Source: an uncultured virus (IMG/VR IMGVR_UViG_3300046386_000047)
Lineage: Duplodnaviria > Heunggongvirae > Uroviricota > Caudoviricetes
DNA: 64,000 bases
Reading direction: 5' to 3' (one strand)
Virus record (IMG/VR): IMGVR_UViG_3300046386_000047
Each line of letters begins with the position of its first letter. Positions within the stretch are counted from its first letter, which is position 1. The translations under genes and the position numbers were made by a program. Below are positions 57,228 through 64,000 of the stretch, in pieces. The notes beneath the pieces were generated by a model that saw only the letters and a list, made by a program, of their open reading frames with translations, had not been told where the DNA came from and did no database searches.

Positions 57228-58160
57228 TCAGGCGTAGGTTTTGGCGGTCGTGCGTGGGTATTCCCCCGCATCCATGAACTGGGGTAGCGGGGTGGCGGCA
57301 GACTTGCGCTTGAGGAAAGAACATTCCCGCTTGGCTATTCTCCACAACGCGTCAGCCAGAACCTTCTCTGTAACGTGGTCTGATACGTGGTCGTTGGGGT
57401 ACTTGTCCGCTGCCTTGGTCGCCTCGTAGTCGTACAGCTTCTCGGCCACCAGCATGAGTGTGTTGATCTCGTCCTGCGGTATGTCCGGCTTGCCCTGTGC
57501 TATGCGCTCCAGAACCCGCCTGCCGGACCAATCAATCTCAACACCCTTGAACGGTTCGAGCAGGTCGTAGTCGATGTTCACACGCTCAAGGAATTCGGGT
57601 ATGCGCATGCAGGCCAGCGTGATGTACGGCTCCATGTTGGCACGCATTCGCTTGTGCGTGGCCTTGTCGTCAGCGCTCATGCGGTGGGTGTAGTGCGGGG
57701 TGTGCGCTGACTTGGCTACGTCCAAGCGTCCGCAGTTTGCGAACCACAAGTTGGCGCTGAATGTTGTGCCCTTATCCGTGAAGCTGTCCCTGTCTGAGAT
57801 AGGCACGGCAACCAAGCGACTGTCCGTTGTGGTCCACGCGTTGTAGTGGGCGACGCCGAGTACGTGCCGCATGAACTGTTTGCTCATGTTGGATGGGTGG
57901 CCTGTGTACAACACGTTGTGGCCAGCGGGTGTCGGTTTGTAGTAGCGTGCCAGCACAGTCTGGTGCAGGATCACGTCGTAGTACTCGCCGTCGTTGTGGC
58001 GCTCGATGCGGTAGTGGTATGAGCGCGAGTTTTTGAGCGGGCGTTGGTTGTCGCGCCATGCACCGTTGCGGGTGAAAGGTTTCTTGGTGTTGTTGAACGT
58101 GCAGTGCGCTGCCCCCCACGACGCGATGCTGGGCAGGTTGTGGATTGATGTTGAAAACAT
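57228..58160 (-). CDS. Hypothetical early protein
   Basis: 310 aa, AGGAGAAGCAACC RBS. Confidence 0.8.
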   Translation of the reverse strand: MFSTSIHNLPSIASWGAAHCTFNNTKKPFTRNGAWRDNQRPLKNSRSYHYRIERHNDGEYYDVILHQTVLARYYKPTPAGHNVLYTGHPSNMSKQFMRHVLGVAHYNAWTTTDSRLVAVPISDRDSFTDKGTTFSANLWFANCGRLDVAKSAHTPHYTHRMSADDKATHKRMRANMEPYITLACMRIPEFLERVNIDYDLLEPFKGVEIDWSGRRVLERIAQGKPDIPQDEINTLMLVAEKLYDYEATKAADKYPNDHVSDHVTEKVLADALWRIAKRECSFLKRKSAATPLPQFMDAGEYPRTTAKTYA

Positions 58161-58184
58161 GGTTGCTTCTCCTTGGGTTGAAAA

Positions 58185-58559
58185 TTAAAAGTTGAACTCG
58201 ATGCGATGCACTGAGTAGATGTCGTCGTACACAGACAGTGTGCCGTCGTCCCCTTCTTCGTGATCGCATTCTTCTGCGCCGTCCTCACCGATAGCGATGA
58301 ACTTGTATGCTGCGTCATACAGTTCGTGTGCGCCCCGGTAGAAGCCGGTGTGCGCCTGCACCCACCTGTATTCTGAGTACCACTTGGCGTCCTCGCAGTT
58401 GAACGAAATGATTGGCCGCAACGTGCTGGTGTGTGCTGTCTCGCCGATAGCCTGCGTGATCTCCTCGTCGTTCTTTGCCAGCATGAGCGTGACGAAGTTG
58501 TCTCTGTCGTCGAGCGTCTTGAACTCAATGATGTACGCTACGTCTGATCTGTATCCCAT
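58185..58559 (-). CDS. Hypothetical protein
   Basis: MGYRSDV...KWY...FIAIGED. Confidence 0.75.
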   Translation of the reverse strand: MGYRSDVAYIIEFKTLDDRDNFVTLMLAKNDEEITQAIGETAHTSTLRPIISFNCEDAKWYSEYRWVQAHTGFYRGAHELYDAAYKFIAIGEDGAEECDHEEGDDGTLSVYDDIYSVHRIEFNF

Positions 58560-58604
58560 GGCTGCTTCTCCTAGTGTGAGTGGGAACACAGTGTTCCCGG
58601 TTGG

Positions 58605-59312
58605 TTAGATTAAAACGCCGTCCTCGTCGAACATCCAGCCGTTGGCCTCGGCGGATTCGATCAGTGATTCCTCACTGGTGAGGTGGTCGTGTTCAGACTC
58701 AAGGTCGTCGTATATCTGACGGGCATAGGCTTGCGCCTCTTCGAGTACCCATGTCTCAAACGTGTCCATGAGTTCGCCGATGTTGATGCCCTCGCGCAGT
58801 TGGTAGATGTCAGCGCGTTGCAGCGGGCCGTCCGCTTGCAGTCGCTCTTCGTCGCCAACTTCAAGGTTGTCGAGCCCGCCCCAGTCGATGCTCTCAAGGC
58901 GCATCATGTTGTCGTGCACATAGTGATACCCGTGCCTGTTGATGTTGGTGTAGTGCTCGACCCAGTTGCGGCCTTCGTCGATGATCGCTTGCAGTACGAA
59001 GTACCGTGCGTACTCGGGGTTGTCTTCCTTGAGGTGGTACTCAAGGAACTGCTTGAGGTCAACGCGCCCTGTCCACGATGCGCCATCACCTTGTGAACAG
59101 AACCCTGAGAAGCGTATGTCCTCGATGTCGAAGCCGCGCTCTTTGCCCTGCTCGGTTGCATAGCTGTACATGTGCTCCCACCATTCGTAGTCGAGCGTGC
59201 TGCTGCAGAACCAGTCACGCGCTTTCTCTTGCGCCCTTGCGCTGAGTTCTTTGTAGCTGAACTCGGTCTGCTCTGTTTCAGTTTCGTCTGTCATGTCTTC
59301 ACTCCTTGTCAA
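58605..59312 (-). CDS. Hypothetical acidic protein
   Basis: ELSARAQEKA...FSGFCSQGDGASW...ANGWMFDEDG. Confidence 0.78.
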   Translation of the reverse strand: MTRSEDMTDETETEQTEFSYKELSARAQEKARDWFCSSTLDYEWWEHMYSYATEQGKERGFDIEDIRFSGFCSQGDGASWTGRVDLKQFLEYHLKEDNPEYARYFVLQAIIDEGRNWVEHYTNINRHGYHYVHDNMMRLESIDWGGLDNLEVGDEERLQADGPLQRADIYQLREGINIGELMDTFETWVLEEAQAYARQIYDDLESEHDHLTSEESLIESAEANGWMFDEDGVLI

Positions 59313-59664
59313 AGTATTGCGCCACCAGTAGTGGCATGGGGTCGGCTTCTTCGGTCAGCATGCGCCGCCCTGTTTCTGTGTCCACGATGTCTTCACCTTC
59401 GCAGTCGATGTGGTAGTAGGCGTCCTCCGAATTGCGTTGGTACAACTCACATCGGCCGTCTTTTGTGGCGTGCCACTTGTCGTTCTCCGGTTGCATCCAT
59501 ACGTACCCGTCTCGTGTGTACTTGCGCACCTCGTCGGGTATCTCCGTTGGCAGCTTGGGGTTCCTGCGCATGACGCAGTGCATCTCGGTGTCCTCGACGG
59601 TGTAGTTGGAGTACCCTGTGTCACGCGTGAATAACCACTGACACCGAAGGCATGAGGTGCTCAT
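59299..59664 (-). CDS. Hypothetical Cys-containing protein
   Basis: CLRC...DTGYSNYTVE. Confidence 0.65.
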   Translation of the reverse strand: MSTSCLRCQWLFTRDTGYSNYTVEDTEMHCVMRRNPKLPTEIPDEVRKYTRDGYVWMQPENDKWHATKDGRCELYQRNSEDAYYHIDCEGEDIVDTETGRRMLTEEADPMPLLVAQYFDKE

Positions 59665-60008
59665 GTCAACTCATCAGGAAGGCTTACATCTTCGCCCATC
59701 TTGGATGCAACGTAGCACCGCATGGAGGCGATCAGGAGGGTCTTGCCCGAAACGCTGATAATTTGATTTGTTCCAATATCAGCGTCATATGTTGGCGAAT
59801 AGTAAGGCACACGAATTTTTATTTGCGCAGTGTAAGTACCGCCAACATTCTTGAAAAGTTTGGAAATCTCGCGCTCAATGATCGGCCCGCCTTGTGCCCA
59901 GTCGGTTGATGGGGTGTAGCTTCCTTCGGGCACAAGGCCTAACTGATAACCCTCACACTTCGCCACTGCCCAATCAAGGGCGGCTCCGGTCAGTTCACTG
60001 GTCTTCAT
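59661..60008 (-). CDS. NinX-like (DUF2591) protein
   Basis: MKTSELTGAALDWAVAKCEG...PSTDWAQGGPIIERE...LIASMRCYVASKMG. Confidence 0.75.
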   Translation of the reverse strand: MKTSELTGAALDWAVAKCEGYQLGLVPEGSYTPSTDWAQGGPIIEREISKLFKNVGGTYTAQIKIRVPYYSPTYDADIGTNQIISVSGKTLLIASMRCYVASKMGEDVSLPDELT

Positions 60009-60255
60009 CTTTGTTCTCCTTCTGTTGTTTGGCCAGCACGCTGGCAGCTGCGACAAATGCGCGGTTCACTTCGAGTAGCTGGGTCAGTTCGTCCTTCGCC
60101 TTCAGTAGCACGCGTGATGCCATTTCATACGGCATGTCGCGCATGATTCGCTCGATGATCTCAGGCTTCGTGAGCATGCTCGCTCGTATCTGCTTGATTG
60201 CCATGATTTCGTCGTGGGTGTAGTGCACCACGCGGGGTTTGGTTTCTTCATTCAT
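59995..60255 (-). CDS. Hypothetical protein
   Basis: GGAGGAG RBS. Confidence 0.6.
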   Translation of the reverse strand: MNEETKPRVVHYTHDEIMAIKQIRASMLTKPEIIERIMRDMPYEMASRVLLKAKDELTQLLEVNRAFVAAASVLAKQQKENKDEDQ

Positions 60256-60330
60256 GTCAGCTCCTCCAGTAAAAGATGTCCAGCAATAGGACGACGATGC
60301 ACGCCATGTAGATGGCGCACGGCAAGATGC

Positions 60331-60349
60331 GTGAGACACGTAGTCTCAC
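60331..60349. repeat. Palindrome GTGAGAC-N5-GTCTCAC
   Basis: One of six copies. Confidence 0.85.
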
Positions 60350-60387
60350 ACGCACAGGGATCGGCCTTGCTGGCCCGGTGTACAGCT

Positions 60388-60630
60388 TCATGGTTTCTCC
60401 TTTTTTTCGTTGTGTAGCCACTCGATCAGCGTCATGCCTGCTTGCAAGTCATTCACGAACATATCGTAAACGCCACTGCCTTCGTTGTATGTGGCATAGA
60501 ACTCCCATGCACCAGACAGCACGCTTGCGTGCTGCTCAACGAACCCTACTGACGCGCCGTCGGGGCGCAGGTAGTGCAGTCGATTAGTTGCGACAAATAT
60601 CCTCCAGCGTGGGCACGTGCTCTCAGTCAT
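60388..60630 (-). CDS. Hypothetical protein
   Basis: GGAG RBS. Confidence 0.6.
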   Translation of the reverse strand: MTESTCPRWRIFVATNRLHYLRPDGASVGFVEQHASVLSGAWEFYATYNEGSGVYDMFVNDLQAGMTLIEWLHNEKKEKP

Positions 60631-60791
60631 GATCTCTCCATTCCTTTGTTGGCTATGCGGCGCAGCAGTGCGAAGGCGTACGCTGTCGTGATTGTGGTCT
60701 GGTCTTCCTCATTGAACGAGTCCCACGCAGAGCGCATGATCTCTTCGATGATGTCGATTGCCTTGTCGAGGCTGTCTGTGTTGGTGTTCAT
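60627..60791 (-). CDS. Small hypothetical protein (54 aa, below the ORF-track cutoff)
   Basis: AGGAGAAGCAATC RBS, ATGA-coupled at both ends. Confidence 0.55.
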   Translation of the reverse strand: MNTNTDSLDKAIDIIEEIMRSAWDSFNEEDQTTITTAYAFALLRRIANKGMERS

Positions 60792-61159
60792 GATTGCTTC
60801 TCCTCGGCGCTGAACTCAGCGATCAAAGACTTGAGCCAGCGCAGGCGGTACTTGTACATCTGCACGGACTCGAAACTTTTCGGGTGTCCAAAATGCGCAG
60901 CGTGCTCAAAGTCCGCACTGATGTGCCCTTCATCGCGCAACCAGCGATCGACACTGAACTTGTGCCCGATGCGTTCGTTGATGACTTGGTCTGCAAGGTG
61001 TTTGTCTAGGTTGTCGCAGTCCACCTCCGCAATGTTGTCGCAGATGTAGCGTGAGTGTTGGTACTTGAAGCCAACCCAAGGCGGGGTGTGCTCCATCCTC
61101 CGGTGCACTTTCTTGAATACGTCGGCGATGGCTTGGCGTTGTTCGTTGGTGTATGTCAT
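60788..61159 (-). CDS. Hypothetical protein
   Basis: AGGAGAACCAACC RBS. Confidence 0.7.
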   Translation of the reverse strand: MTYTNEQRQAIADVFKKVHRRMEHTPPWVGFKYQHSRYICDNIAEVDCDNLDKHLADQVINERIGHKFSVDRWLRDEGHISADFEHAAHFGHPKSFESVQMYKYRLRWLKSLIAEFSAEEKQS

Positions 61160-61184
61160 GGTTGGTTCTCCTTCGGTTGGTTGT

Positions 61185-61685
61185 TTAAAGCATCTCACGC
61201 AGCACATCTTTGACGCGCTCTTCCCAGTCAATCCGGTCAAGCTCCTCGTCAACGTGCTCAGTGATGATGTCGTTCACTTGGTCTTTCGTAACCCAGCCCT
61301 CTTGACGCTCGGCGTACTCGCGCAACGTTTCCCGTGCTTGGTCAGCGGCGCTCTGCTCGATGGTGTCTTTGTCGAAGTGCGCGTCTCGGCCTTCGTGGCT
61401 TTCAATGGCCGTCTCGATCATGTCTGCGATCTCTTTCTTCATCTCAACATCCAGCAGCGCCAGCGTGTTGCGGTTCTGCACCAGCTCGTCGAACTTGTTC
61501 TGCACCATGCGGTCCACCTCTTTGACAAGGTTCAATGCGATCTCACTGCGCACGTACGCCGCCATGGTCTGTGTGAGTGCGTGAAACAGCCGGGATGCTG
61601 ATTCCTCTTGTGGGTCTGGTGCCTGTGTTGCGGGCTCGTCCATGGTGGTGGGCATTGGGCTTGGGATTGGATAGCTGGGTTTCAT
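61185..61685 (-). CDS. Hypothetical acidic helical protein
   Basis: AGGAGAACGCAATC RBS. Confidence 0.72.
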   Translation of the reverse strand: MKPSYPIPSPMPTTMDEPATQAPDPQEESASRLFHALTQTMAAYVRSEIALNLVKEVDRMVQNKFDELVQNRNTLALLDVEMKKEIADMIETAIESHEGRDAHFDKDTIEQSAADQARETLREYAERQEGWVTKDQVNDIITEHVDEELDRIDWEERVKDVLREML

Positions 61686-61732
61686 GATTGCGTTCTCCTA
61701 GTGAAATGCCAGTGACCGACTGGCAGCGGTGC

Positions 61733-61751
61733 GTGAGACGACATGTCTCAC
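61733..61751. repeat. Palindrome GTGAGAC-N5-GTCTCAC
   Basis: Intergenic; one of six copies. Confidence 0.85.
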
Positions 61752-61789
61752 GCGGTTAAAAAGAAGGATGACCGTTCCCAAAGGGAAGG

Positions 61790-62698
61790 TCACAACCCGT
61801 TGGCCAGCTCACTGATCCAGTCTGGCTCGGGTGCGTCGTCGTGTGTCTGCGTTGGTGCAGGTACATTTACAGTGCTTCGTGCCGTGTTCGTTCCCGCCGT
61901 GCGTTTGGTGGTCGGCATGCCGGGTGCAGGAGGCGGGGTGTTCTCGTTCTTGGCCTCGGGTTTCTCGGGCGGCAACTCAAACGCTTTGGGTGTCCGCATC
62001 ATGGCGCGGGCATAGTTGGGTATGTCTTCCCACACACCTCGGATGACGTTCTTCTCGTAGTGTGTCAGGTACTCTTGCCACCGTTCGTGCTCGGGCGCGT
62101 AGCTGGCCTTCCGTTTGGAAAGCGTGAAGTCGCCGCGCATCTTCTTGAGGATTTCAAGGTATGCGTCACAGTACGCCTGAGTTCGTCCGTGATGCCGCCA
62201 GTTTTCAAGGCGCTCTTTGTTTGTGCCCTTGGCCGCAAGACAGGTGCGTGCGTACTTCTGCTGCTGCCACACAGCCTCCATCTCCAGCCGGATAGCGTCG
62301 AGCAAGGTCTGCCACTTGTTGACGCGCTTGATCTCGCCTGAATGCTTCCCGCTCGCCGTCAACGCTTCAGCTGCCGCTCGCTCACGCTGCTTGAGTACAC
62401 TGGTGCCGAGGAACTCGCGCACATCACCCTTGGCCAGCTTTCGTTTTATCTCGGCGTTGGTCAGCTGGCTAAGCGGCTTCGTTCGTTTGGGGGTGCATAC
62501 GTTGCAGCTCGCAGTCTCCACCTCAACACGGGCTTCGCCTGAGTAGCCATGTGACCGGGCTTCTGCGGGGGTCAGGTAGCGCTTGAACTTGGCCAAGAAC
62601 TTGACTTGCCCACACTTGGCGCAGAATTTGGCCGATTTGAGAGGCCGCCCGTTGTGCCAGTACGCAGCACGCTCACAGAAGTCGTCAGGATTTTCCAT
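61790..62698 (-). CDS. Hypothetical protein with Cys pairs
   Basis: CAKC and CNVC; GGAG RBS before the ATG at 62698. Confidence 0.72.
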   Translation of the reverse strand: MENPDDFCERAAYWHNGRPLKSAKFCAKCGQVKFLAKFKRYLTPAEARSHGYSGEARVEVETASCNVCTPKRTKPLSQLTNAEIKRKLAKGDVREFLGTSVLKQRERAAAEALTASGKHSGEIKRVNKWQTLLDAIRLEMEAVWQQQKYARTCLAAKGTNKERLENWRHHGRTQAYCDAYLEILKKMRGDFTLSKRKASYAPEHERWQEYLTHYEKNVIRGVWEDIPNYARAMMRTPKAFELPPEKPEAKNENTPPPAPGMPTTKRTAGTNTARSTVNVPAPTQTHDDAPEPDWISELANGL

Positions 62699-63101
62699 GT
62701 AAATCTCCATAAAAAGAACTGTAAATGTAGCACAGTTCTTGGTGCTGGCAAGCTGTTACAGGACACTTGCACCATGGTGGGGGACAGTCGCAAACCCTTG
62801 CCAGATAAGGCTTCTCCGCGTACGCACCCACCACACCTACCGCGCAACCTATGTTCAAAAGTACGCGAAGGAAACAGGGCCTGCTTGGACGGAAAAAAGT
62901 GTCCACCAAAACACGCATATATATTTACCAAGAGAAATCTATATATATATATGTAGGTGTGGTGGGTGCGTGCCGGACAAACCACGTAACCACGCGGGTT
63001 AGAGAACGCCCACATGGGGTGCAACGGGCCTGTAACGTAGTGGGACAGCTGGACATGCAAATTTTGCATAGTTTCTCCACAACGTGTTGCCAAATAGTCC
63101 C

Positions 63102-63120
63102 GTGAGACGTGGTGTCTCAC
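63102..63120. repeat. Palindrome GTGAGAC-N5-GTCTCAC
   Basis: One of six copies. Confidence 0.85.
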
Positions 63121-63134
63121 GGGTTCGAGCCGCT

Positions 63135-63326
63135 TCATTTGTAGTGCAGGGGGTGGGTGTCGGCTTTGTGTGTGTCCCACGCAGCGTCACGGGCTCGCGC
63201 CTCTTGGATGACCTTGCGCTTGTATGCTTTGTCAGTGGCGAGGTGTACGAAGTCCTCACGCAGGGCGCGCAGCTTGGCGCGTTCGGTTTCACGGATGCTG
63301 ATGGTGTAGCGGTTGCGGTGTGTCAT
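63135..63326 (-). CDS. Small hypothetical early protein
   Basis: GGAGAATCAACC RBS. Confidence 0.6.
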   Translation of the reverse strand: MTHRNRYTISIRETERAKLRALREDFVHLATDKAYKRKVIQEARARDAAWDTHKADTHPLHYK

Positions 63327-63344
63327 GGTTGATTCTCCAAAGGT

Positions 63345-63363
63345 GTGAGACACGCTGTCTCAC
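63345..63363. repeat. Palindrome GTGAGAC-N5-GTCTCAC
   Basis: Just upstream of an RBS; one of six copies. Confidence 0.85.
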
Positions 63364-63501
63364 GGATAAAAGAAAGCCCGGACATGCCGGGCGGTTGGTG
63401 CGAGTGATTGCCAGCAAGAAGCTGGGTTGACAGTGTTTGGAACAGCAGGGCAACCCCGCGTTCACAGCTCATTGCAAAAACCTATCGGTTTCGCAACTCA
63501 A

Positions 63502-63894
63502 TTACAGCATCGCCAGAAAACGCTTCTTTTGCGCCGTGGTCAAACCCGCGTATGCCTTGGCGAGTTTGGCTACCGCATCGACCGGCTTGTGCTGACGTGT
63601 TGTGGGGCCAGTGCTGAAGTGAACGCCGACGTTACGACTCCACGACTTCTGTGCAGCAACGTGACGCGTGTCACGGGTTGACTCTGTGCCAGTGTGAAAG
63701 ACTGCCGTGCCCTTGGCACTCCACGTCGTGTTGCAGCCATAGTGCTTTGCGTGCACCTTGGCCAGTGCTGACAACAACTCAGGGTGAGACAGCGATGTCT
63801 CACGGACAGCGGCCTGAAGGGCGGCCCCATAAGACGTGCCTGCCTTGAGGAATGCTGAGTACTGTGCAGCGATTGTGTTGATAGTGTGTGTCAT
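63502..63894 (-). CDS. Hypothetical early protein
   Basis: GGAG RBS, promoter upstream. Confidence 0.75.
   Translation of the reverse strand: MTHTINTIAAQYSAFLKAGTSYGAALQAAVRETSLSHPELLSALAKVHAKHYGCNTTWSAKGTAVFHTGTESTRDTRHVAAQKSWSRNVGVHFSTGPTTRQHKPVDAVAKLAKAYAGLTTAQKKRFLAML
63784..63803. repeat. Palindrome GTGAGAC-N6-GTCTCAC
   Basis: Lies inside CDS 63502..63894; one of six copies. Confidence 0.85.
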
Positions 63895-63952
63895 GTTGCG
63901 ATCTCCAGAGGATGTGTTGTCGTAAGTCTATGTGCCCCGAACCAACACCTAT

Positions 63953-63961
63953 ATTATACCA
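63953..63961 (-). promoter_or_regulatory. Extended -10 early promoter
   Basis: TGG-TATAAT on the - strand. Confidence 0.55.
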
Positions 63962-64000
63962 CAGCACGTTTCCAAATACCCTTTACAGCCCTGTAGACCC

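Noticed and set aside
57108..63803. Palindromes as a CRISPR array or transposon ends
   Set aside because: Irregular spacing over kilobases with genes between; no transposase or target-site duplication

Overview
The window is almost entirely a tailed dsDNA bacteriophage genome with podovirus-like architecture; the host is unknown but the GC-rich codon usage would fit a proteobacterium. The + strand (1.5-33.7 kb) carries packaging, portal, scaffold, capsid, neck, tail-fibre, lysis, nozzle and ejection genes, ending in a 2572-aa polyvalent protein. The - strand (33.6-63.9 kb) carries replication genes (primase-helicase, SSB-like protein, SNF2 helicase, PD-(D/E)XK nuclease, family A DNA polymerase, VRR-NUC), a MoxR AAA+/VWA-metallopeptidase module and many small early genes. 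The main finding is a 291-aa intein in motif B of the DNA polymerase (43641-44513). Its own frame contains no recognisable endonuclease, only a Ser/Thr-rich linker, while a complete HNH-type homing endonuclease is encoded inside it on the same strand in a different reading frame, with its own Shine-Dalgarno and ATG. Other observations are six GTGAGAC-N5/6-GTCTCAC palindromes in the early region, two candidate structured RNAs, a perfect (CAG)13 polyQ tract, several free-standing homing endonucleases and hints that the two halves are mosaic. All family assignments come from motif recognition by eye; no database search was run. No tRNA, rRNA, CRISPR array or integrase was seen.
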